Source of the DNA: Malacoraja senta | Lineage: Eukaryota | Reading direction: 5' to 3' | NCBI GenBank assembly: GCA_038087875.1 | Contig: CM075987.1 | Coordinates: forward strand, 18,414,001 to 18,478,000 | DNA length: 64,000 nt | In this document: positions 13,255 to 24,964 of the stretch, piece after piece | Layout: the number at the start of each line of letters is the position of its first letter | How positions within the stretch are numbered: position 1 is the stretch's first letter | Notes under the pieces: model-generated | Databases searched by the model: none | Told to the model about the DNA's origin: nothing | The model's input: the letters and a program-made list of their open reading frames with translations, nothing else | Translations under genes and position numbers: made by a program

Positions 13255-14150
13255 ATGCTAGAATAAAGAAACACTCATCCTCGCATTTTCACTTGCCTGG
13301 TCATGCCCTATATACTCTGCAGCTTATTCTCTCTTGTATGCAACTCTGCTCAAGTCTTTTGATATTTCTCTGCACTGGGGGTAATTTACAGTAGATAATT
13401 GATCTACCAGCGTATCATTATGACGTGGGAGGGAAGCTGAGTATCCAATGGAAATCCATTGTGCTCCTGTCAACCATCACATTTGACTGAAACATACAAA
13501 ATCCTGAAGAGATTGAATCTGCAGAAGGGACTCGACTGGAAATGTTGCCTGTCCCTTCCCTCCACAGATGCCAAGTTTGTCCAGCATTTTGTGTTTTGCT
13601 CAAGATCCTCAAGGATTTGGGTGGGTCCTGGAATGTCCACTTGTGGGAGAATCTACAACAAAGGGTTTAAATACAAAGAGAAACCCGAGGCAGAGATGAG
13701 GCTTCATTTTCCTCTGAAGGCAAGGAGTCTTTGAAAATCTCTTTTTCACAGGACAATGGATGCAACATTTCTAAATATTTGAGGCATTGGGTGATGTTCG
13801 ATAAGCAAGGTTGGATGGTTACCATAGTTAGGCAACAATGCAGAGACGAGATTAAATCACGTTAGCCATGACGTTATGAATTGAAAGAGCAGGATTGAGA
13901 GCCTAATCCTGCTTCCAATTCACACATTTACATATTCATATGCACATCTTCTAAACATTTTTAGCACATTTAAAATGCTGCAGCCATATCATAATTCAAA
14001 CCATCCCAAGGACTATCAGGAGGATAGTCATTAGCCATTGACTATGATTAGTCATTGTACAACAGATGGACAGACTTTCAACTGAAGAACTGAGGCTCAC
14101 ATCAAACTTCCCATCTAAATCTGCAGACGATAGCCTGAAAGTTATTACAT

Positions 14151-15259
14151 TCAATGGGTTATTTTGAATCGCTGGCTTTGTTTCCATCGCTCTCTGGTAC
14201 GGCGTCCTTGATTTGCCACAATTTCATGCAGAAGATTAACATATCCATATTCACTGTCCCAGGGAAGATTATCCCTGGTTGGCGAGCCTGTATCATCTGC
14301 TGTTTCACTGTTTGCTGTGGCTGGATCACATTTTGAGCCAGGAAGTGTCACAGCCTGAGGGTTCAATTGGCCTTTTTTCACTCTATTCTCATAATTCTTT
14401 TGTCTCAAATCCTTTCCTCGGCCACCCACAAATCCTCTTTTGACTTGCGAGATATTTTCTTGACTTCCACCTTCCTCTGGTCTTTCACTTTCCCTGCCAT
14501 ATTGTCTTTCAGTCACACTGCTCACCGCACTGATTGAATCACACGTCTCACCGGCATCTTCTTTTCTCACCTTTGCTCTTGCCATTGAATTTCTCTCTGT
14601 ATCGTGCCTACCATTCTTCACTGTCGTAGTTAGAGCTTGCTTCGCCGAAGGATTCACATTTGTGCGATTGATGTTATCATCAGTTGCCACTTTGGACAAT
14701 GGTACAATTGTTCCTACAGGTTTGTCATTCCCATTCCTATCCCATTTTATTACATAGAACCCTTCCTGGTTCTGGGCCAATGCTTTTGAATTGTTCACTG
14801 TTCCATAATCAAGAACTCCAGCAGATTGACTTTCAAAGACTGTTGAGGATGGATCACAAGTCTCCTGGCAAGGACTGGCATTGCTCCTTAATTTTTGTTC
14901 TTTACTCGTGACCATCTTGTCTTTTTCACTCTCCCATTCCTCAATCAAAAACTGAGACGTTGAAGCATTTGTATTTGATATCTCTTGATTGTAATGTGTT
15001 AATTCAGCCAGATCCTTGCGAGCAATTTCATTTACCTGATGAACCCCTACTTTTGTTGATGCTTTATGTTTTTTGTTCCCATCCTCTCCCGACATTGAAT
15101 TAATTGACTGACCTTCAGCATTAGATTTTTCTTCCCGAGACTCCTTTTCTGGGTCACTTTCCTGTTTTTTGCATGTTTGCCTTCTCGGTATGATCTGCTT
15201 CTTTTCTTGTTTCCTTTTCAAAAGCAGAAGAACTAGTAGAAGGGGAATGGCGAGCAGCC
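14151..15259 (-). CDS. Gene A exon 5 (TM + cytoplasmic tail, stop)
   Basis: Lies in the 377-aa ORF 14151..15284. Acceptor CTTCCTCAG|; LLAIPLLLVLLLL is followed by KRKQEKK. Confidence 0.85.
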
Positions 15260-18200
15260 CTGAGGAAGCATAGTGAGAACGCATAGGTTAGAGCTGAAAT
15301 TGAAAGGCCCTTCCATCACTTTCCAGGAAAAAAAAGAAACTAGGGGCAGAAAGGAAAACTTGCAAAGACTTATGTTTCACCTCCAGCACATGGGATAAAA
15401 TGGACAGAACAAAGCAAACATCTTCTTTTCCCAGTGTCATTGGCATTCGGGCACAGTGCCATTTGGGCAAAGTGAATGCAGCAAAGAGAGGCAGGGACAT
15501 CTGCCCATCCCTGCGCCATTCATTATGTGCACTCCAATCCAATGGTTCCAAGAGGAGAAGATGGAAAATTTGATTTCACCCCTCACTTTCACTGAAAAAA
15601 CTTAAGAATTCTCAAAATTGAAAATAGAAATTTCGCAATGGTGGGGAAGGTGCAGATCAGATACTAACTGAAGATTGAACTGGTTTGTCCCTCCCCACCA
15701 GCTAGTGTTATTCACAGGGACATGGAAAAAAATGATGAAATATTCATTGTTACATTCAAGTTCACCATAACTGATAACCAAATGAGTTTAAAGGAAATGT
15801 TACACAAAGTCTAGCATACAATAAACATTTGTAAAACATACCTAGCAGCCCAAGTAATTTAGGAAGCACTTTCCTAGAAGGAGGGTGTTGATAAGGCTGG
15901 ATTGTACTTGTGGTTGTCTCACAGCCAAAATCAGATATATTCCAGACTGGGGTTCCTAGTAAGTTGGGAGGGTCAAGGCAAGTAACAGAATACTCCTCGT
16001 CAAGAATAGATTTATTCATAAAGTCTGGAAATATTAAAGGTCAAATTATTGAGAGAGCTGTACCGGAACACTATAAAGATACATTAAAAATAAAAACAGC
16101 AAACTCATCGGGCATTGATATTGACAGAGAATTAGGACTTTACAACAACACCATCAACTTCCACAGATGTTGCCTCAACCTGTTGACTATTTCTAGTACC
16201 TACAATATTTTGCATGTGGTTTCCCATTCTTTCAAGATATAATCATACCTACATTTATGTCATGGATCGTTTTTGCATTTATTTAAAGATTATGCAAGAA
16301 AGGGAAGCATGAAATAGCTAAACAGCACTTCCACGCACAATGAGATATTTTACCTCAAATCCAGTTACCTCACCAATCTCCATATTTCTTGGTTCCCTGA
16401 ACATTCAAATATTGCTAAATTTGAACTCTAGAACTGCTCATTATTTAGTAAAATATATTATATTGAAACACATTGTTAATCTGTTAATATGGTGGAAGAG
16501 CAGTACAACAATTACCTTACTGATCTAACTATTTAGAAGAAGGAATGAATGATATACAAATTGAATTCAAACCTCAACATGGCACCAAGGAGTATTTCAA
16601 AATCAAGATCATTAATTTAATAAATCGGAAATAAATATCAATAATTGTGATCATCAATAAATTTGGTCATAATTACAAAATTATCTTTCCATTCTTATCT
16701 GGCCAAGATTTCATGCAGCCAGACAGGATGAGACAACAGACAGATGCTGGAATCTTGAGCAAAACACAAAGTGCTGGAGGAACTCAGTAGTTCAGGCAAC
16801 ATCTGTTGAGGGAAATGGCCAGACAACGTTTCGGTTCGGGACCCTTCTTCGGACTGCTTGGAGTGGAAGTGGGGGGGGGGGGGGGTTGGAAAGGGAAGAG
16901 AAGTAAAGAGGTGGGGGTGAGACAAAGCCTCGTAAGTGGGTACAGGTGAAGGGGTGATGCTAGATCGGTGCAGTAAGTGACAAAAGCTCAAGGTGAATAG
17001 GAGACAAAAGTGTGTCAGATAAGCAGAGGAGTGAAATGTGAAGCCAGAGGGTGGGATATGTGTGGAAGGAGGGGGAGGGGACACAGGAGGAGAAATAAGG
17101 GGAATAAAAGGAAAATGTGGGATGCAGGGATGGGAGATGGGTATACAAAGGAGAGGATGTAAGCATGGTAACTGGTGGGTGGGAGAAATAGGAGCACACT
17201 GGGGTGGGGAAGGGACATGGGAAAGAGAGGAGACTTAGGGTTGATATAGCTTAAAATTACACAATTCATTGTTCATATCATTGGATTGAAAGCTGCCCAA
17301 GAGGAAAATGATGTACAGTTCCATCAAATTACATGTGGCAATGGAGGAGGCCCCTGGACAGAAAAGTCGGCATCAGAATGGGAAGGGGTGTTAAAATGGT
17401 TCACGACCAGCAGCTACAACAGGATATGATAAAATATCTCTACTAAGGTTGTCCTGAAGTGACCCAGAAAACAATCAATTGTTCCCAAGCTTTATGTTGA
17501 AGGAAAGTAAGAATAAAGATGGGAGAGGCCTCCTTACATGGATATTAAGTCACGTTCAACTGCTACAGTTTTGCCATCAAATGTTAAATATTTCTAACAC
17601 CAACAATATTTTGCACTTTAATTTCCGATTCGGCCCAGATTGTAGGAAGTCAGCAAGAATCACGTAATGTCCATTAAAAGAAATTACCTCTGAGGAAGAT
17701 TGCCAAACCAGCAAGTTCACAGGAGCAACACCAAGGATTGCCCTGGAGACCAAGCCTCTTGGGATGAAAGTCTACAAATGTCTGTATCCTCAGCAAGGTC
17801 AGGTTATTATTGGCAAGATTAAGGAAGGACAGCTTCAAATTATTCCTGAAACTCTGGTCTGCTATGGTTCTAATCATATTTTGAGAAAGATCGAGTTCAG
17901 CCAGATTGGTAAAGTTGGACAGGGTGGTCTCATCAATGGCGTAAATTCTGTTTCTGACCAAAGAAAGTTTAACCAGGCTTGCAGGGCTGGTGAACCAGGA
18001 GGCACTGATGGCAGACAGTTTATTATTGTCTAGAATCAGGACAGCTACACTGAGGAAAGAATTGAAAGCTCCTTGCTCGATACTTGTGACATCACTGTCG
18101 ACGATTGTTAAGTTGGTGACAGAGGAGAGGCTTGAGCTGTTGAACATGGTGCTGTTGATAGGTCCAATCCCACTCCCCACTTTGAACAAAAGGTGTTTCA

Positions 18201-21103
18201 CGTTGGAAGGATACAATGAAGCTGAAAAACAAAGCGTTTTGAAAGTCACAAGTTTTACTGGCGAAGAAAGGAAGCTTCATTACCTGGGCTTCAACAAGGC
18301 CCCAAAAATTCTCAAAACGGATTTCACATGGAACATTGCAGACAGAATTTTCACTGGTAACATTGTAGGTAATGGGCACAATTAACAATGGCATTGCCTG
18401 TAACATCCATTATTCATGAACAGAAATAACAAGACAAAATGTTGTTGCTGCTTCTGAATACAAGAAGCAGATTCAGAAGTGACCCATTTGGCTCTGGGCA
18501 TTTTTCACAGTAAAAACCAATACCTGAATATCATTTTCCAGCCCTATCCCCATGTACTTAATTAACTATCCCATGTACATAGCTTAAATTTGCCCAACCA
18601 AATTAATGTCTGAAATCACATTCCTTGGCATAGGAAAATCCAAATATTTACCAATATCTGAGTGAAGAATTTATCCTCATTTCAGGATTGAAAGGCCTTC
18701 CCTTATTTTGAGATTATTATTCCCTTGTAAAATCCTCAGCAGAAAAAATATCCTTGCTGCATTTATCCTGCACAGCTTTTTATAAAGGCAAGTAGGTGCT
18801 CTCATTCTCTGAACTCTTTTTTTAAAGCATAGTTTATTCATTCCCTTCACATGACAGACTGATGATTGATTGAATTGAAACACAGCATGGAAACAGGTCC
18901 GTTGGCCCACCGAGTTCACACCGGCCATCGACCCACCCGTTCACACTAATTCTACATTATCCCACTTTTGCATCTAAACCCTACACACTAGGGGCAAATT
19001 ACAAGGGGTAATTAACCTATAAATTGGATCCGGATCAAACCCAGATCTCTGGTGTTGTGAAGCATCAGCTCTACCAGAGGCACTGCTGTGCCACCCGTCA
19101 GGCAAATTTGGACAATATTCCCTCCATAATAAAGCCAATCTACTCAGAAAGAGTACACGGTATTTTTAAAAATGTGGACAGACACCACACCATCATCGAC
19201 CAATAAAAGTGGAGCAAATTCTCCAGAAATATTTAGTGAATGCAAGATAATTATATCTGGATTTTAATAATGCAGCAACGCCAAGCCAACCATCCAATAA
19301 TCCCACTTTATTTCCTCACCTTCCATCAACTCCCCGCCCCAACCCTCCCATTAACCTGTACAGTAAGACCACTAGTGGAAAATTAACCAAGCAACCCCTG
19401 GTGGGAGGAAACCAGAGGAACCTCATATGGCCAGAGAGCCAAACTCTACAGAGATGAGTAGGTGCCAGGATTGAACCAAGGCCACTGTGGTGAGAGACAC
19501 GAGCTCTAACAGCTATGCTTCTGTGCTGCCCGTTTCATGCACTTTAACTGTGTGGTCGGCGAGATTGATAGGATTCAACCTCTCAGTCTCCCCTCTGCCG
19601 AGGATTAGCATTGCTCCTCTTGTGTGTAAAGGTCTGGACAGACTTTGAAATTAAATTTATTTGCCTGATTACAGTACGGTCAGATGAGAATAACTGACAT
19701 AATGATACTTACCGTGCGGTATAACGGTGCAGAGGTATACATTATTATTTACGTTTACGCATGGATCACTGGCCTCGCACGATGAATGCAGCAGACTCCA
19801 AGCATAAAGCACTGACAGCAATACTGGGATGAAAAATAGGACAACATTAATCAACAGGGAATACGAGGTTCAAGAGACGATCCGGGATACGAGGTTGAAG
19901 TGACGAATAATAATAATAATATTATGATTCAAATTATTATTATTATTTTGACGACGTGAATGAGAAGCTGCAGTTGTCGGATGGGGTGGGGGGTCGTTTT
20001 CACTCATTTCACCCAGTGTTTCCCTTTACGGATCACTGCCAGAGTTAACCCCATTAACCCCTTCTCACGGGGCGGATTTCTTGTTACTGACGGCGCGACC
20101 AACTCAGAGAAAGCCCTAATACATGGGCATCACTGTGCGGACTGGAGAAGGTGGTGGGAAGGAAGTGGTCGTTACACTAGATCGTCTCTTCAACTACCTC
20201 TGACGGCGAGCACTCGCCCCTTTCACGCGTCCACTGACTCAGCGCCTCGGAAAAGGTCCAGGTTATGGTCCAACTGTTTGAACAGGTGTTTAGGAGACAC
20301 AAGGAATTGCAGATGCTGGAATCGTCAGCAAAACACAAAGTGCTGGAGGAATTCAGTCGGTCAGGCAGCATCTGTGGAGGGAAATGGACAGACGACGTTT
20401 CAGATGGGGACCATTCTTCAGACTGGGGAGAGGGGGGTCTGGAAAAGAGAGTCAGAGCCCTTCGACCCAACTAGTCCAAGATGCCCCACCTACGCTAGTC
20501 CCATTTGTCCGCGTTTGGCTCATTCGCTCTAAACCTTTCCGATTCATGTGCCCGTCCATGCACCTTCTAAATGCTGTCAACGAGGAGTTTAATTGTTATG
20601 TGGACGGTTGTCCATACACACGATAATTAAACTCTCTTGACTCTCGATCTGTGGAGGGAATGCAGAACGATCGAGTTTGAGGAAGGGTCCCGACCCGAAA
20701 CGTCGTCAATCCATTCCCTCCTGGGATGCTGTCCGAATGGCTGAGTTACTCCGGCATCCGGTGAGCATCTATCAGTGCATCGATCAGGCGTGGGTGCATT
20801 AGAGTTTCAAACACAAACAGCGTTATACCTGTACTAAAATTTAATCGGTATAAGAACAAGTACTTACAATTCGGGTGCAGCAGCATCTATGGAGCGAAGG
20901 AAATAGGTAACGTTTCGGGCCGTCTGAAGAAGGGTTTCGGCCTGAAACGTTGCCTATTTCCTTCGCTCCATAGATGCTGCTGCACCCGCTGAGTTTCTCC
21001 AGCATTTTTGTGTACCTTCGATTTTCCAGCATCTGCAGTTCCTTCTTTAACACTTACAATTCGGGTTTCGCGTTCGAGCGGTTGCCTGCGGCATCGGGAA
21101 CAT
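14151..21103 (-). CDS. LRR single-pass transmembrane receptor gene A, complete 5-exon CDS join(21058-21103,19713-19823,17688-18221,15842-16024,14151-15259), 660 aa
   Basis: Four GT-AG phase-1 introns and a 1983-nt open frame. Product: signal peptide (MFPMPQATARTRNPNLLLSVLYAWSLLHSSCEA), Cys cap, about 7 LRRs, LRRCT split over exons 3 and 4, TM (LLGLLGLLAIPLLLVLLLL-KRK) and a tail of roughly 350 aa. Confidence 0.8.
15842..16024 (-). CDS. Gene A exon 4 (rest of LRRCT, stalk, start of TM)
   Basis: Lies in ORF 15762..16019. VTCLDPPNLLG..GC completes the LRRCT cysteines; acceptor TATTTCCAG|, donor G|GTATGT. Confidence 0.85.
16736..17405 (-). mobile_element. Penelope-like element 3' fragment (gene A intron 3)
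   Basis: Terminal repeat with a mutated hammerhead motif (16825-16856), and a decayed GIY-YIG C-terminus (17230-17405) similar to 32608-32770. Confidence 0.75.
17688..18221 (-). CDS. Gene A exon 3 (LRR array + start of LRRCT)
   Basis: Lies in ORF 17674..18249. Repeats VAVLILDNN, LVKLSLVRN, LAELDLSQN, LSFLNLANN, then GNPWCCSCEL; acceptor TTTTTCAG|, donor G|GTAAT. Confidence 0.92.
18878..19096 (-). mobile_element. tRNA-derived SINE with CR1-type tail
   Basis: Reverse-strand B-box variant (GGATCAAACCC on +) and a GGAAACAGGCCC-type tail. Related copies lie at about 19330-19530, 29720-29850 and 55445-55702. Confidence 0.7.
19713..19823 (-). CDS. Gene A exon 2 (signal peptide + Cys cap)
   Basis: Acceptor TTTTTCATCCCAG|, encodes LLSVLYAWSLLHSSCEASDPCVNVNNNVYLCTVIPH, donor G|GTAAGT. 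Confidence 0.78.
20877..21051 (+). mobile_element. Palindromic Penelope-derived element inserted at the gene A exon 1 donor
   Basis: 15-bp direct repeat ACTTACAATTCGGGT (20862-20876, 21052-21066); internal inverted repeat; hammerhead core CTGAAGA..GAAACGTT at 20924-20951. Confidence 0.85.
21058..21103 (-). CDS. Gene A exon 1 (MFPMPQATARTRNPN)
   Basis: ATG at 21103 in a CpG-rich region, donor T|GTAAGT. Phase 1 joins exon 2 to complete a signal peptide. Confidence 0.6.
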
Positions 21104-21818
21104 CGGGAGAAAGTTGGATAATGCTGTAATCACATCAATGGACATGCAACCGGGTTAAAACTCCCAGCAGACTCTGAAGAACCGGTGGTCCGTCTCTTGA
21201 TTCCAAAACGTCGGAACTTGTTTTAATACCATGCATGTTTACATGGACTGTTCGACTCCACGAGCAGCGGTGTGTGTCCATTAACGGCAGGGGACATGGG
21301 CCTGCTACAAACCCACACACCGAGATGGGTCAAGTTGCTATGCTCTGTTACACTTTAAAAGGTACTGATCTTTGTGCACGGTTTTGGTTGAGAAGTCAGT
21401 AGTGATTGCCTCCCAGGGATTGTGTAATATTGCAACTCATCAACAAATATATCGCTCAAATTGCAAGAAAAATGCACCGTTGTACACAAAAAAAAACCTC
21501 GCTGCAGTCGGAACGGAAAAGAAATCTCACTCCGGGCGGGCAGCGGGGATTTTATGGCCGGAGTTGGTAATGGACTGATTCACCCCACCCCAATCATGTA
21601 CCCGTCTTCATCAGAAACACCAGCAAATCATCAGAGTTCACAGCTATTATTTCAGTAACTCTCCATCCATTCAGTCTTAACTCCCAGCATTGTTTGTAAT
21701 CACTTTTGGAAGAACTAACTTATTTTACACACGGAGTCCAGTGAAATATCGTAACGGATCCACTTCAAACTCGACCAAATATCCAATCTTAAGGAAATTA
21801 AGTATCTATTTTAAGGAG

Positions 21819-22205
21819 ATCATAAGACATGGGAGTAGAATTATGCCAGTCAGTCCATCGAGCCGGCTCCACCATTCGATCATGGTTGGTCTGTCCCCCC
21901 CCCCCCCCCCACCCATAACCATTCTTCTGGCTTCTTTCTCCCTGTAACATTTGACGCCATTACTAATCAAAAACCTGTCAATCTCCGCTTTAAATATACC
22001 CAATGACTTCGCCTCCGCAGCCATCTGTGGCAATGAATTCCACAGATTAACCACTCTCTGGCTAAAGTAATTCCTCATCATCTCCATTCTAAAGGTATGC
22101 CCGTTTTATTCTGAGGCAATGTCCTCTGGTCCTGGACTCTCCCATTACTAGAAACATCCTCTCCACGTCCACTCTATCTTGGTCTTTCACTGTTCGGTAG
22201 GTTTA
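21819..22205 (-). mobile_element. CR1 LINE 3' fragment
   Basis: ORF 21806..22087 has EMMRNYFSQRVVNLWNSLPQ. Confidence 0.88.
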
Positions 22206-23789
22206 AGTGAGAACATTTACTTTGGATTATAATGCCTCCTAGTATAAATAGAAACGATTGAATAAAACTGGGAAATAGCTAAAATATGTACATTTTCTAA
22301 TAAAGGTGGACATTTAATTAGTTAATAACTATAAAAAGTTCTACCTGTGTCTCCAAATGGCACCATCTTAGTATATTATCCATGAATGTGGTCAGTTCCA
22401 TCATCCAACGGTGACTAGAACATGGGAGTTCTGTGATCCCCACTCCCAAACATTACTATTAATCATTATTTGCCTACAAAAATGCAACCAATTTCAAAAT
22501 TGCCTTCCAGGCATAGAAAGATTCTTATTAAACAGTCTGTATGACATTTTGTCATTTTTTGAAATGTATTAATTAGGCAAGCTGTATCCACCAATCACTT
22601 AGTCAGGCGTGCCTTTCTTTTCTGAAAACTGTTCGAGGCGTCTCTAATTGGGACAATGATGGCTTAATTGGTAACAGATGCGCATTTAAGTAAAAAAGAT
22701 TAAAGCCCCACTGCAGAAATCAGAGCACAAAATTCCACACCAATCCCTCTTGATTACAAGATTTGTTAACAATTAACACATCCTTTTCCACTTCTTTGTA
22801 GCAACCTAATGAAATGTTAGTTTGGTTCAATGGTAACACATCACCTCTCAGCCAAAAGATTAATCCTATGTAACATAAAACTAGCGAGCATTAATGGCAT
22901 TCTCTGTGTGGTAACTGCATAGAGACCACTGGAGTCTAAAACACAAATGATTAATCTGTGCTCTTCTCTTGTGCTCCCCTCTGCTCTTCCATGGGTCACT
23001 TGGTTGACATACCATGTTGCTCTCTCTCAAGGTTACCACGGTGACTTGTGCATGTTTATCAATACCTGCTTTTTCAGTCCCCTACTGAGCCGAGAGCTCC
23101 ATTCTTAGATGGGAAGGTGTGGAGCCATTTATATCTAATCATTTCTGTAGAAGTGAAAATTATCTAGTATATTTATACAACCTTTAAAAATAAATAGTCA
23201 TTGTTCAAATATCAGAAAATTCTGGTTTAAAACACTTAATATTTGGGAATGTAAGGTCTTTGATCTGAAATATTAACTGTTTGCACAGGTGCTACCTGAC
23301 TGGTTGAAAGTTTCGATCATATACTGCTTTTATTTCAGGTTTCTAGCATCTGCAGTTAGTCTTTAGGATTGGATGTGTGTTAGTTCTGTGGACTAGACCT
23401 TTTAATGCACATACTTCCAGTGATCCATCCCACCCCAATCATTTACCCATCTTTACCAGAAACAACAGCAAATACCCAGAATTTCTTCTTGTTATTTCAG
23501 AAATTTGCCATTCATTTGTTCCTTCTAAGCACCATCATCATTGTCAGTGATCCATTTTGGGGGGACTGTGTTAATTAATTATTGAGATTCCCGTGGTTCA
23601 GGCACAAATAAAACATGAGTCTGCATCGTTGACTGACTTGTACTCCACCACCACCATCACCAACCTCAAACCAAGTTTCAAAATTAGATCCACTTAGAAC
23701 AAAATAATGGACATTTCTGCTTCATCCGCCTTCTTTTCATCAGAAGGTCAAAAGTGGGAATGATTGAAAAGTGTTGCATTCGATTTGCA

Positions 23790-24775
23790 GTTCTTCAGCT
23801 AATTAAGCAACCAGTGCTGCTTCAACAAGACCTCGGCAAAACTGAGGCTGGGTTGATTAGTAGTCAGTAACATGTGTGCCATAACAGTATCAACCATGAC
23901 ATCCCCAATGGGAGAACACCAACAACCTACCATTAACATTAAACGGCATTACGTTTATCGATACCCTCGTCATCAATATCCTGGAGGTCAGTCAGATCCT
24001 TTTTTCGTCCAGGGTGGAAATGTCAAGGACTAGAGGGCATAACTTAAAAAAGTGAGAGGGGTAAAGTGTATAAAGTGTGCCGGGCAGTTTTTTGTTTTAC
24101 AGAGAGCGGTGGGTGCCTGGAACACGCTGCCAGGTGTGATAGTGGAGAGATGCAATAGTGGCATTTGGATATGTAAGGAATGGAGGGATATGAATAACGT
24201 ACAGGTAGAGATTAGTTTTTGTTGGCAACATGTTTGGCATGGGCATTGTGGGCTCAAGGGCTTGTTCCTGTGTTGTACTGTTCTTTCTCCCAGCTACTAA
24301 ACAGATCATGAACATGATAAAATACTTTCCACTTGCCTGGATAACTTGAGTGCCAACAACTCTCAAGCGACTCAGTACCAACCAGAACAAAGCAGTTCTC
24401 TGGAGTAATATTTCTTCACCCTCCTTCAGCATTCACTTCCTCTGCCACTAGTACGCAGCATCTGCAGTTCATACCATTTACAAAATGCACCGCAGTTACA
24501 AGCCCAGGCTACTTTGACAGCAGCACACAACCTTAACCACAGTGGAGGACAAGGGCATCAGGTGCATAGAAACACTATTACCTGCAGATTCCCTCCAAGT
24601 CGTACACCAACTTCACTTGGAAATATATCTCCCGATCTTCATCATCACTTTAACTCAATCCTGAACACTTTGCTTGACAGTACTCAAGAGAGCTTCTTCT
24701 CTAGAGGGTTTGCAGTGATTCAAGGAGGCAACTTCTCAAGGACAATTAGGAATGGTTAATAAATGCTGGGCTTTC
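23790..24775 (+). mobile_element. Old CR1/L2-group LINE remnant interrupted by a younger CR1 3' end (about 24000-24283)
   Basis: The inner piece encodes QRAVGAWNTLPG (CR1 C-terminus). The flanks resemble a decayed LINE 3' region ending in AATAAATGCTGG. Confidence 0.55.
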
Positions 24776-24964
24776 AGGAACACCAAAATTGATATAAATA
24801 ATAAATTACCAGAGACTAAAATGATCTCCCGGCATACACATTAGAGGGTGCTATGATTAATTTACCTTCTGCCTTCCTTTAGGTCACATACAAAGCAAAG
24901 GTGAGGTGCAAAATGGAATGCTTGCAATTTTCCTGTATTACTTACTTAAGACAAATAGCTGTGG

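Larger units (their letters stand above)
19950..21570. promoter_or_regulatory. CpG-rich region spanning the start of gene A
   Basis: Visibly higher CpG density than the CpG-poor flanks, surrounding exon 1. Part of the signal comes from repeats. Confidence 0.45.

Noticed and set aside
3452-15259. Toll-like receptor assignment for genes A and B
   Set aside because: Too few LRRs, and no TIR box motifs in either tail.
7941-18249. LRR exons as lamprey-type VLR cassettes or a somatically rearranging locus
   Set aside because: Each LRR array is one continuous exon in a normal spliced gene. There are no flanking single-LRR cassettes or incomplete germline gene, and the proteins have a TM and tail rather than a GPI signal.
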